A stretch of DNA of 63,990 nucleotides, filler included, from Rhizaria sp. SCN 62-66 (lineage: Eukaryota): assembly GCA_001724265.1 (NCBI GenBank). It is 4 parts of 4 records of this genome, joined end to end, with 100 filler letters (N's around TTAATTAATTAA, not from the genome) between each part and the next. Parts side by side here need not be neighbours in the genome. Positions count along the whole stretch, not along the records: positions 1 to 25,866 come from MEDY01000495.1; 3 more parts are not named here. One strand, written 5' to 3'. Below, in pieces: positions 1-12,400 of the stretch; the stretch's first letter is position 1; each line of letters begins with the position of its first letter. Below the pieces are notes generated by a model. It saw nothing but the letters and a program-made list of their open reading frames with translations, made no database searches and was not told where the DNA came from. The translations under genes were made by a program, and so were the position numbers.

Positions 1-1
1 C

Positions 2-352
2 GTCAACATCCCCATCATCGCCCTCTGCGACGCTGATGCCCCCCTCCGCTGCGTCGACATCGCCATCCCCTGCAACAACAAGTCCAAGCAGTCCATCGCT
101 CTCGTCTACTGGCTCCTGGCCCGTGAGGTGCTCCGCATGCGCGGCGCCATCTCCCGCTCCGAGCCCTGGGAGGTCATGATCGACCTCTTCATGCACCGTG
201 ACCTTGAGGAGATCGCCAAGGAGGCTGAGGCTTCCGCTGCCTCCAAGGAGGCTGCTGAGGCCCCCGTTGCCGAGGCCGCTGTCGCTGCTGAGACCGCCGA
301 CTTCGCCTCCACCGGTGCCACCAACTGGGACCAGCCCGCCACTGCCTTCTAA
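2..352 (+). CDS. RPSA: 40S ribosomal protein SA (uS2), 3' part (5' truncated by window)
   Basis: Frame from nt 2 reads [48 protein letters not shown]...[12 protein letters not shown], the conserved eukaryotic uS2 C-terminal half. Strong C-ending codon bias; TAA stop at 350-352. Confidence 0.97.
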   Translation, partial: VNIPIIALCDADAPLRCVDIAIPCNNKSKQSIALVYWLLAREVLRMRGAISRSEPWEVMIDLFMHRDLEEIAKEAEASAASKEAAEAPVAEAAVAAETADFASTGATNWDQPATAF

Positions 353-895
353 ATGCCTAAGTACTACACGTAAAATGACAAAGCATTTGAGTCGACAGGT
401 ATAATACACGACGACTATTCAAACTCGACAATTTTTCTCGCTGTCCCACCAATTCGTCTTGCTTCGACTGTTTATACTGAAATAGTATTGTTAAATGATG
501 AGTTGCAAGCGTATGGAGATGACGATACTGGAGTCACACTTTGGTTTTTCACTTGTCTAAACCTTCAAATGGCTTATCTGCTTGAAGTAAATACATTTTG
601 CTTCGTTCGACCACAACTCGAATGAGGATGGTGCTGGCAACCCTTTGATTGGCGCTACGCAATACATAGCTAGAGGACTGGTTCGTCCGTCTATGACGAT
701 TTACGTGCGACAACAGATATGTATGCCGTGTTTCCTATTTGGCCCCAAATTAGTTGATTCCCGCTTTTCGTTATTCATTCTCTAACCGCATTCTTTTCCC
801 ACACTCTTCTCGATAGGTTCCTTCCCGTCACTTCCACCTTTCTCATAAGGCCACAGAGCTTTGCTGTCCCCAAGTCCTTTTCTCTTTAGAACCTC

Positions 896-2152
896 ATGTC
901 GGTACGTTTCTTTTGAATCTGTTCACACGTTTTACTTTGCTATATCTTTCTATTGTACTTCACACACTTAATCACTCTTCCCCTCAACGGTCTCACCCTT
1001 CTCCTTAATCCCACGCAGTCTCAGGAGGGCCGTTCCTTCAAGCCGCGCGCGGACGCCGACACCCGCGGCGCGATCCGCGAGGGCCGCAGCGCGCTGGCGC
1101 TGGGCGATTTTATCCAACGCAGCCAGAACCGCTACGACGACTCTACCAAGCGCGAGTGGCAATTCAAGGAGCGCGGCGCAGTGCACCGCAGCTACGCGCG
1201 CACACTGCGCCGCGAGGGTCTCTCGGACGCGGCCCGGGCGCGCGATACGGCGCTGGGCAAGAACGCGCCGCAGGTGTCGCGCGAGGTCGACTACTCTGCG
1301 ATGCTGACGGAGGAGGAAAAGGCGGAGCTGCGCGTGATGCGCGAGCTCCAGCGCGAGCGCAACCTCGCCCGCAAGCGCCGCGCGGACGACCTGCGCGCGG
1401 GGCTCATCTCGCCCGACGAGCGCGACGGCGCCGACGCCGCGTTTAACTCGGAGCGCAGCTGGGAGCAGGCCGCCGCCGCCGCCGCGCTCAAACGCGCGCG
1501 CGCGCTCGACGGCGTCAAGGTCACTGAGTATGACGACAGCGACAACACCACCAACAACAGCAACAAGAAGAACAGCGGCGCTAGCGACACCCAGAGCCCG
1601 AGCCAGGGCCAGGGCAAGGGCGGGGACGACTCCGACCTGCTGGGCCGCGTGAGCGTGTACACACAGGCGGAGCGCGACGCGCACCGCGCCTCCAAGCCCA
1701 AGACCCTCTTCGACCAGTACGTCCGCGGCCGCGAAGCAAACGCGATTCTCAGTCACAGCCATCTCGTAGCAGGGCGTATCATTAGCACACTCTATTATGT
1801 CTGAACAACACATTTTCAACGCTAATGTATTCCTATTTTCTTTCTCTCCCTTATCTTTTCCCTCAGCGCACGCGTGGAGCGCGAGAGGCGGCAGGCCGAG
1901 TTCGAAGCGCGCGTTGCGGCGCGCGAGGCCGAGTCGCAGTCCAAGGGCGCCAACGCGCGGCAGCGCGAGGTGCGCCGCGGGCGGCTGGGCGTCAAGAACC
2001 AGAAGGGGCAGCCGGTGCTCAAGGGGCTCATCATGAACACGTACGACAAGTTGCTTAAGATGACCGGCGGCGCGGGCTCTGGCGCCGCCGACAGCGTGCG
2101 CAGCATGCAGATCGCCAAGTCCGTCGCCGGCAGCAAGCAGCACCGCCGCTGA
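896..2152 (+). CDS. TAP26/CCDC59/FYV7-like rRNA-processing protein; exons 896-901, 1019-1716, 1867-2152
   Basis: Two GTACGT...CAG introns (902-1018, 1717-1866) join the ORF-track pieces in frame. N-terminal F..K..V..SYARTLRREG and C-terminal KNQKGQPVL...LL motifs resemble TAP26/Fyv7. TGA stop. Confidence 0.65.
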
Positions 2153-2558
2153 GACTCTGCAGCACTGCCATGCGCTGTGCAGCAGCTGCGCTGTGTAACT
2201 GCGCTGTGTAGCTGCGCGGTCGGTGCTGTCTTGCGTGCTGCCTATGCGACAACCGTCGCCGTGCGCAGCCGTGCGCGAGTGGTGGACGCGCGAGTAGTGA
2301 TATTTTCGATGCTGAAAGCCTGCTGTGCGGTGTTTGAAATATAACAAAATATGCGACATATTTTGTTATATTTCAGTGGTGTATGAGGCCAATCTGACAG
2401 GGTCAGCTGCTTGACATATCATTTCAATCCAAGAGCTTATTTTGTTCAATCATTGTCACTGGAAAGAGATGATAATAAGTACGTACACTGTACGTACTTT
2501 TATTTTTTTGTTATTACGAACCAATACAGATGCGACTACATTACAGATCGAGATCCGC

Positions 2559-3356
2559 TCACAGAGCATCCGCATCGAACTCGCTGGCATCGAACTCGCT
2601 GGTGTTTGCGCCGCTCGCTCTGCTTCCATCGTCCGGCGCGTTGTTGTGCCACTGCCCATCTGTAACGGTGCCGTCGGCCGCGGTCAGCGTGCCGCTGCCG
2701 TGACGCTTGTGCTCGTGCCATTTGCCGTCGTACACGGCACCGTCAGCGTAGCGCATGCGGCCGCGGCCGTGGCGCATGCGTTCGCTGTTGACCTCGCCCG
2801 TGTACTCGCCACCGTCGGTGAAGCGTAGCGTGGCGACGCCCACCGCGCTCCCGCTCTTGAACGTGCCTTCGAGCTCGCGGCGACTGAGCGAATCATCGGC
2901 AGGGAACGTGTACTTGCCCGCGCCGATGGGCAGCGCCAGACGGTTCTGTCCTTCATACACAGCGCCTCTGTCGTAGTGGATGATGACATAGCCCTCAAGC
3001 TTTGACTGAACCCACTCGCCCTCCATCACCGCGCCCGCGCGCGAGCTCGTGAGCTTGCCCCAGCCGTGGCGCAGGCCGTGGGCCCACTCGCCTTCATACA
3101 CATGTCCCGCCTTGTCGTCGCGCGACGTGCCGTGGACCCAACGCCGGCCCTCACGGAATGATCCTGTGTAGACCTCGTGCTGCGACACCGACTCGACCCC
3201 TTCGCCGTGATACTTTCCACCAAGCCAAGAGCCAGAGTAGAGTTCGAAGCCCTTGGAGTCGCGAAGCGTGCCCACGCCTTCTGGCTGCCCGTTTACCAAT
3301 GTTCCTGTGTAAAGGTGGCCAAGATTCTAGTGGTCCACAGCTTCAATGGATGCCAT
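2559..3356 (-). CDS. MORN-repeat protein (ATG 3356 requires reading through TAG 3327-3329, or that TAG is an intron acceptor)
   Basis: Repeated YxGxWxxGxxHGxG units (YSGSWLGGKYHGEG, YEGEWAHGLRHGWG, YDGKWHEHKRHGSG). TGA stop. The 5' end is uncertain. Confidence 0.85.
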
Positions 3357-3999
3357 TATGTTAGATGTGGTTTCTGGAAGACATTATGATACATGAATAA
3401 ATAAAGAGATGGCACAGTACTTGCGAGTGATTAGAATTCACGACAAAATCATATTTTGTGTTGTAATTACAGTAATGAGTAAGATGGCTGTACATTCATG
3501 CTAGCCTGGAGGTAACGAAGGAGGCAAGCCCTTTTGGTGTGTTTTCTGTGTGGTAAGGCGACAAATGCACACAACACTGAAAGGTCCGAAGTTGCATTTA
3601 AATATTTGACATCAAAAAATACCTAAATAACTAACTAGTTCAGAGCTGCCGCAGTAGTTTGCACCAGGATGCACATGATACCCAAAGCTGGCGACCTTCT
3701 GTTCGTCACACCACAAAAAGCTCGCAACAGTGATCACGCACAAACTGGATGGATTGTGCTCAAAATACGCCTGTTTCCAGGACCATGGCGATCATTATCG
3801 GAGTTGTGGCGATATCGTGACTGAATTAAATTAGAGCAAATAATTTATTAATGATCAAAGACTTAAGTACGAGGCGTCTTCATAAATCATATTTCATCTG
3901 GTTGCTTCATTCAGCACGTACCGTGCCGATCGCTCTTAGTACTATGGCGAGCGGTGAAGCAATTGTCATTTTTAAATGATGTTGCAATAAAACCATTCT

Positions 4000-6900
4000 T
4001 TAATTATCGGTTGTGCCATCATCCTTCTCGTGGTGTGCATGACTCTCAACTTCTGCCTCTGTAGCATCAGCTTCTGCAGTCTCGACATTCTCAGCTTCAA
4101 CCTCAGCCTCAGCTTCCGACTCAGTCTCTGCCTCCGCCTCCGCGTCGGTGACGGCTTCCGCGTCCGTGGCGTCCGTGACGGCCGAGTAGTCGGCCGTGGC
4201 GTCGGTACTTGCGCACGCACGCGCGCTGGCGCTGGCCCCGGGCGCGGAGCCCGAGCGCCTCACCGCGCCGCTGGCCTGCGTGTCGGCGTCGGCATCGGCG
4301 TCGGCGCCATCGACGGCGAGCGGCGCGTAGCGCACCTGCTCCTCGGTGACCTCGAAGTCAAGTCGCGCCTCTTGTGCCGACTCAGCAACCATCCACTGCA
4401 CGGCGGGCGCGACCGCGAGCCAGTGCGCGCGTGTGAAGGCCTCGAGCGCGCGGCCCTGGGCGACGACCCAGCGCACCTGCCGGCACGCGCGCGGCTCCGT
4501 CGCCGCAGCCAGCGCCTCGCCCAGCGGCCGGTCGCCCAGCACAAAGGCCGATAGCGGCGTCTGCGTGATCACGGGACATCCGCCGTCGCCCAGCAGCGGC
4601 GCCAGCGGGGCGGCCGCGACGGACGCCGCAGCGGCGGCCTCGGCGGCGGCGACCACGGCCTCGGCGGCGGCGGCGTTGGCGGACGCCGTGTCGTTGTCGT
4701 CGTCGCCGCCCGCGCCGGCCCCGTCGCCGCGCGCGGCCAACTTGCTGGCGGCCGCGTTGGCGGCAGCCGCGGCCTCGAGCGTGGTGCCCGTGTTGTCGGC
4801 CGCGCGCTGCAGCAGCAGCTGCTGCTGGAAGTCGAGCTGTTGCTGCTGACGGCGCGCCTTCTCGGCCGCGGCAGCGAGCGCGTCGGCAACGTCGCCGCCC
4901 ATCGGCAGCGCGCCCCGCGCCGCGCGCGCGCGCATCAGCGACGGGTACGTGCGCGCCACGCTGCCCGCGGCGGCGCCGCCCACGGTCACGGCGGTCGCCG
5001 CCGCGCGCAGCGCCGTCGTCACCGAGAGCGCACACCCACGCGAGCAAGACATGCAGGGCTGCACGATGCGCGCGCCCGCGGCCGCGCGCTGCAGCGACTG
5101 CGCGCGCGACAGCCGCGTGCCGCCGGGCGCAGCAGCCGAAGAGGACGCGGAGCCCCAGACGAGGCAGACCTGCTTGCGCAGCGCGGCGAGCGCGCGGGTG
5201 CCAATGAGTGGCTCGAGCGGGCCGCCGCGGCGCAGGTGGCGGCGCGTGAGGCGCGGCAGCGGCGTCGCGACGGCGGCGCGGCGCACCTCGACGTTGGCGT
5301 CCTCGCTGCGCTCGCGCACCAGGTGCACCAGCGCCGAGTAGACCGACTGGCCCGACGATAGCCCGCCCGTGGCGACGGCGGCGGCGACGGCGCGTGCGCG
5401 GCCCGACGTCGGGGCGGAGCCCGCGAGCAGAGCGGCGGGCACGCGGTGGTGATGCTGCGGCTGCATCGGGTCGTCGGCCCAGCCCCAGGCGTAACCCGAG
5501 ACCGCGGCCAGCGCGAGCGCGGCGGCGTCGACAGGCCGTGCCGTCGCCGTGATCACCAGCGGCGGCGGCATCGGCGCCGCGGAGCCCGCAGCCGCGGCCG
5601 ACGTGGGCGAGGCCGACGCCGACGCGGCCGCGGTGCGCGCGGTGACGGCGGCGGCGGCGACGGCGGCGGCGAGCGCGCACGAGGGCGAGCGCAGCCCCAG
5701 CAGCCGCGCCGCGCCGCCCGTGCGCAGAGCCATGGTGGACTCAAGCGTGGCGAGCGCGGTGGCCGCGGCGTCGTCGTCCTCGTCGCCTAGCGGCAGCGCG
5801 GTCGGCGAGGCCATCGAGGCCGCGGCGACCGCGGCGGGGCCGGCGGCGGTGGCCGCGGCAGCGTAAGGATCAGCCGGCAGAGACGACGGCAGCGGCGGCG
5901 CGGGCAAGCGCGGCGCGCGCGAGAAGAGCAGGCTCAGCAGCGCCAGGACCTCGGGACGCGACGCCGCCACGGGCGCCGGCGGCAGCACGGGCAGGCGCGC
6001 TGCGACGGACGCGGGCGCGGGCGCGGAACGCAGCGTAAACTCGCTGTCGCTCTCGCTGTCGCTGTCGCCGAGGTCCGCGGACCCGCCGGACAGCCGCGCG
6101 CGGGCGGCGACGCCGCGGGAGCGCTTCTGCTGTTGCTGCGGCGAGAGCGGGGAGCGCGGCGAGATGCCACATGCGCAGCGGCACGCGCACGTGCACACAG
6201 CAACGACGTCAGCGTCCTCGCCAGCTCCGGTGCCGCAATCCTCGTCTTCGTCGTCATCGCTTCCGACAAAGTCGTCGTCGTCGACATCGGCCTCGTACTC
6301 CGACGAGGTGGGCGACTCGTCATCTCTGCTCGTCACGGCGTCACCGCGCGCGCGCACGCCGCGGCGCGACGCGCGCGGCGCGGGCCGCAGCACGTCAGCC
6401 AGTAGCCGCAGCACCGCGGCCGCGGCCTGCACGGCGTGCAGACGCACCGACGCGGCGGCCGCGGGCGCGATGGGGGACACGCTCGCCGCCGCCGCCGCAG
6501 CAGTCGCGGCGGCAGCGGCGGCCGCGTGCGTGGGGTACATGGCGCCGTGGCTCGTGGTGAGCTTGGCGGCCGCGGGGGCGAGCGCGCGCGCGAAGGCCTG
6601 CGCCACTGCCGCAGGCGGCGGCGGCGCGGCAAAGGCGGGCGCGAGCGCGGTGCCGGCGCGCGCGAGCATGACGACCTGCGGGAAAAGCAGCGCGAGGTAC
6701 ACGTCGTGGCCGACCCAGCGCGGCGCCGCGGCGGCAATGGACAGCAGTAGCGTCAGCGTGCCGGGCATCGGCGCGCGCGAGGACGGCGGCAGCAGCGCGG
6801 CGGCCACGGCCGCGGGCGACGGCAGCAGCTCCAGCGGCTCTGCCGACGCCGCCGAGGCGAGCACGGGCGAGGCCATCATGGCGGCGAGCGACTGCGGCGA

Positions 6901-9452
6901 CGGCGGGCCCTCGGCCACCACGACCTCGGGGGCGCCGGGCGCGATGACCGAGAGGTCGGCCAGCGTTACGGCCGTCGTGGGGCCCACGGTGAGCGGGACG
7001 AGCCCGCGCGTGGCGGCGTCCTTGCTCGCGCCGCTCGTGCTCACGGCCGAGCTGTGGCTGCGCGAGTTGGCGCGCTCGCGCCCGCCCGTGGCGCCCACCG
7101 CGGCGGCCGCGGCGGCCACGAGCGCGGCGGCGTCGCTGTCGGCCGCAACCGAGAGCGACATGGCGCGCGAGCGCGAGTGCGAGCGCGATAGCGCGGGCGT
7201 GATGTCGTGCACCGTGCTGCGGCGCTCGCGCAGCCCGTCGACCGAGATGCGGCCCGGCGACTGCGACGACGGCGAGTCGAGCTCCGTCTCATCCGCCGCC
7301 GCGGGCGCCACCAGCGGCACGCCCGCCATGAGCGCCAGCGCGCCGGCCAGCACCAGCCACGCGCCGCTCGGCGCCAGGTTCGTCGCCTCCGCGGCGGCAG
7401 CGTCCGCGGCCGCAGCGGCAGCGGCCGCAGCAGCAGAGTCGCCGGCCGCAGCAGCAGCAGTTGCGACAGCGGCGGCGGCCGCAGCGGCGGCGTTCGCGTC
7501 GCGCGCGCGCTGGCGCGAGTCCTCTGCGACGGCCTCGAGCACGGCGGGCACGTGGATCGCCGTCTCGACCGACACGCGGCGCACGGGGTCGCTCAGCAGC
7601 GTGACCACAAGCCGCGCGACGAGCTCCAGCGGGTCCAGCGCGGCGCGCACAGTCGCGATTCCGCCCATGAAGCCGCCGTTAGCAGTCACGGCGGCGGCGC
7701 CGGCGGCGTCGCCCGCGGCCGCGGCCGCAACGACGGGCATGCGCGCGCCGGGCAGCTGCGTGCGCGCGCCCAGCGCGGCTGCGGCGAGCAGCGGCAGCTG
7801 GCGCGCGATGATCACGCGCTCGCGCCACTGGCCCGCGGCCGCGACGGGCCGCTGAGACTGCGCGGCCGCGGCCACGCACGCGCGCGCACGCGCCCGCAGC
7901 AGTGCGCGCGGTGAGTACTCCCGCGGCGTCGCGCCGGCGTCGGCGCCGGAGGCGGGCGAGGGCGGCGAGTCGGGCGCGCTGTCCGCGGCGGGCACGGGTG
8001 CGACGGGCGACGGCGCCGCCTCGGGCTCCTGCTCGGACTCGCCATCGCTGCCGATGGCCGTCACACCCAGGAACGCCGACACTGGCAGCGTCTCGATCGT
8101 GTCCTCGGCCGCAGCCGCAGCGGCCGCGGCGGCCGCAGGCGCGGGCGCGGGCGGGTACGCGGTGTCGGCGTCTGCGCCGGCGCGCGGGCCGAGCCACATG
8201 TGCGCGTAGCAGCGGTGGCGCCAGAGCGCGCCGGGCACCGTCACGCAGTCGCCCGCGAACACCGCGGCGCCGGCCGCCGCGGGTGCAGCGGGGGGCTCTG
8301 CCGTCGCGGCGGCCACGCGGCCCGGGAAGAGCGGGAGCGGCGCGAGCAGCGTGCGCGTGAGCGCGGCAAGCGAGAGCGCGGGCAGCACGTAGCCGTCGTT
8401 GAGGTCGACGCCGACGCTCGCGGCTACGGCGGCGGCAGCGATGACGCCTGTCGAGCTCAGCGCCGTCTGTGCCGCCGCCGCCGTCGTGGCGTCAACAGCG
8501 GCACCGAGCCCAAGCGGCTTGACTTCGGCGTCGGCCGTCGCGGCGACGATGTCGGCCAGCACACCCAGCAGCACGCCGCGGCCGTGCTCGGTGCCGGGCG
8601 GCAGCGTCAGCAGCAGCTGCCCGACGGCGCCCAGCGCGCGGCGGCGGCCGGGCGAGCCGGCGGGCTCGGCGACCAGCGCTGTGAGCGTGGGTGCAAGCAC
8701 GAGCGCGGGCGCGAAGAAAGGCGACAGCAGCCCCGCCACGGCGGGCATGGAGCCCAGTAGCGCGTGCCGCAGCGGCGGGTGCGGTGCTGAGGCCAGCAGC
8801 CGGTGCAGCGGCAGTACGGGGTGCAGCGACAGCCACGTGTGGTAGAGCGACGACAGCACCTGCAGCGACGCGCCGGGCGCCGCGGCCACGCCACCCGCGC
8901 CGCACGCCTGCTGCGCCGCGTCGCGCGCCGCGGCCTCGGGCGCCGCGGCCGCGGCCGCCGCCGCTACAGCGTGCGCGTGCGCCGCGCGCATCACGTGCGC
9001 GAGCGCGACGACATGCCGCGGCTGCGCCTCGCGAGCGCCCGCGAGCCCCAGCACCGCGACCGCGCGCCGCGCCCACGGCAGCAGCACGCGGTGCACCTCT
9101 GCGCGCGCGTCAGGTGCACCGATGGACAATGCAGCCGCGGCGACGGGCTGCGCGAGCGGCGCGAGGCCCAGGCGCGCGGCGGCGGCGGCGGGCGCGGCGG
9201 CAGCGTCGGTGACGGCCCACCACTGCGGCGGCAGCGCCAGCGGCACGGGCGCGGCCGTCAGCGGCGCAAGCACGTGCGTCACGCCGGTCCCGTGCCCGGT
9301 CGCCACGTTGGTAGTGGTCGCAGCGGTCGCGGCTGTCGAGGCGGCGGTCGTCGCCGCAGGGTCGGGCAGGTCGTCGTCCTCGTGGTCGCTCTCGCACGCG
9401 AATACGGCCCCCGCAGCGCGCGCGTCGACGTCGCCGACGTCGCCGTCGCCGA

Positions 9453-9484
<32 letters not shown>

Positions 9485-12400
9485 CAACCAACCGCAGCGG
9501 CCGCCGCGTGAGTAGCGTTGACGCGCGTGCCTGCGATGGCCGCGGCGAGCGCGTCGGCAAAGGCCGCGTCGGCGCACATGGCGTCGAGTGCGGCCTGCGC
9601 GGCTGCGGCGACGGCGTCGGCGCCCGCAGCCTCGGCGGCAACGACCGAGGCCGTGGCGGCGCGCACGTGCGTCTGCTGCGCGTAGACGGGGTGCCAGAGC
9701 AGGCGCGCGAGCGGGCCCGTGAGCGTGTGCGCCACGCCCTCGAGCGCGGTCCACTCGGGCCCCACCAGCGTCGCGCCCAACGTGCGCGGCGCCGGCAGCA
9801 CCGGCGCCGTGGGCGGCACGCCCGGCGCGCCGACGAGGCCCGCCGAGAGCAGCGCTGCGGGCGACGCCGCCAGCGCCTCCGCCGGCAGCGCCAGCGGCGC
9901 GGGGGCCGCAGTCGCTGTGGCTGCGGGGGCACCGGCAGCAGCGGCGGCGGGCGCAGGCACGGGCACGGTCACGGAGATGGGGACCGCGGTCATGAGGACC
10001 GCAGGCGGGCCCGCGGCGGCGCTGAGCAGCGCGTCGAGGAACGCGGCCGTGACGGCGCCGGCTTCGGACGCGGCGTGGGGCTTGTGCTTGTCGGCGTGCG
10101 CCTCTGCGCCAGCGGCGGCGGTGGCCGCGGCGGCCGCGGCGGCCTCGGAAGACAGTCCCGCGAGCGCGGCGGGCAGCGCGCCCATGGGGGCGGCGGCGGC
10201 GGCGCGGCGCAGCAGTGTGGCCGCCACGGCGCCGAGCCCGCAGGCAGCACGCCCGCGCCCGCTGGTGCGCCCGCGGCGGCGGCGGCGGCCTCGGCGCAGA
10301 AGCGCGCCAGCGGGGAGCGCGCGAGCACGGCGGGCAGCGTGACGGCGGGCAGCCCGCGCAGCGCGAGGCGGCCCTTGACAGTTACCGACGCGGGCCCGCG
10401 GCGAGACGCAGACGCGTCGCCGGCGCCGTCATCGTTGGTGTCGCTAGACTTGGTCTCGGCGAGCTTCGAGGTGATAGTGAGGGGCACGGACACGGCGGCA
10501 GCCTTGCGGCCGCGGCCCAGCCCGCCGTCGCGGCTGCGGCCGGCGCCGTGGCCCGCCGCGAAGGATGCCACGCTCGTCGTGGGCGCCGCGGCGGGCGCGC
10601 CGGCAAGCGTGACGGCGGCCAGCAGCGCCCGCTGGCCGTGGTCACGCCCGCCAAAGCTTGCGCCGACGCAGGCAGCGGCGCCGCGGCGGCCGCGGTCGAG
10701 AGCGCGGCGGCGGAGGCGTCGCCGGCGGAGCGCGGGCGCGCGGGCGAGGCCTGCTGCGAGGACGCGGCGGAGCTGGGCGAGGCGAGCCCGATTACGGCGA
10801 GGTGCTGCTGCTGCTGCGCGACCGAGCGCGACTGCGAGTAGAGTGGCGCCTGGCCCAGCTGCGTCGGCGACAGGATCAGTAGCGATAGCAGCCGCGCGGG
10901 CGGCGCGTACCACACCGGCCGCGCCCAGCACTGCACCGGGACCGGGGCCGCGGCGCTGGTGTCAGCCTCGACCACGCCGCTCTCGGACTCGCCGCTCGCC
11001 GCCGCGGCCGCACTCGCGCTGTCGCCCGCAGGAGCAGCATCCTGTTGCTGGTCGTGGTCGTAGTCCTGGTCGAGCTCGGGCTCCTCGCCCTCTTCGAGCC
11101 CGATGACGGCGACCGGGTCGGGCTCGTCGCCCTCGGCGTCCTCGGGCGGGGACGCGAACACCACGTGCGGCAGCTCGCCCACGCCCGCGGCGCCGACCCA
11201 CCGCGCGGGGTCCTCGCACAGCGTCTCGACGGACCGCAGCAGCTGTCCGCGCGCGACGCGCGGCGCCACCACGCGGCCCATCGCGGCCACCGCGCCCAGG
11301 CACGTCTGCCGCACCTGCCACACCGGGTCCGCGCACAGACGCAGGAAGAAGGGCAGCAGCTTCCGCGCAGTCGCCGCGCGAAGGCTGCTCACCGTCACCA
11401 CGGGCGCCGCCGGCGCCTCGGGCACGGGCTCCACAACCTCAGCCTTCGCAGCCTCGGTCTCCACCTTCACAGTCTCAGTTTTGGCAGTCTCAGCTTTGGC
11501 CGTCTCGACAGCTTCAGCCTTTGTAGCAGTTGCGTCGCTGTCAGATGCGAGCTGAACTGCGACGTCAGCGGGCGCTGCGACAGGCTCTGTGCTCGCGTCG
11601 GCGAGAGCGTTCGCGTCGGCGCTGGCCTTGGACTCAGCCTCGGTGCCGGCCTCAGTCTCGGCCTCAACCTTGGCCTCCGCCTTGGCCTCTGTCTCGGGCT
11701 CAGTTTCCGTCTCAGTTTCCGTCTCAGTCTCTGTCTCCGTATCCGTGTCGGTCGCCTCGCCGCGAGCAGCCTTGGCCTGAGCCGCAGCGTCCGCGGCGGC
11801 CTCCGCCGCCGCCTGTTGCTGCGCCGCGACGACGGCTTTGCCGGCGGCGACCACGGCCTCCGCGGCCTTGGCCTCAGCCTCGGCGCGCGCCTCCTCAGCC
11901 GCGGCGCGGGCCCTCGCAGCGGCGGCGCGAGCGGCCGCGGCGCCGCCGGCGCGCGGACGGGGCGGCATCTCGATGCTGGTGGTGACGGCCGCGGCGGCGG
12001 CGACGGAGATGGGACCGAAGCACGCGGCCGCGCCCCAGCGCACCTGCATTACGGGGTCGTCCGCGAAGGCGACTAGCTCGGCCGAGAGCAGCGACGCGCA
12101 CAACGAGGGGTCCAGCGACGGCGCGATGCCGCGCAGCGTCGACAGCGCCGACACGCGCACGTCCTCGGGCGCGGCGTGCGCCAGCGGCAGCAGCTGAGGC
12201 AGCAGTAGGTCCGACACGAGCGTCGTCGCCGTGGGGTGCGTCGCCGCGCCGTGCGCGCGCGTGAAGGCCGGATCCAGCAGCTGCGCGGGCGGCCGCGGCG
12301 GCGGCGGCAGGCGCGCCATCGCGATGGCGGCGTCGCGCGCGCGCTCACGGATCTGTGGGCAGCGGTCCGCCAGCAGCATCACCAGCACTGGCAGCACGTG

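Noticed and set aside
968-2359. 463-aa minus-strand ORF
   Set aside because: Antisense to the spliced TAP26-like gene; no recognisable domain.
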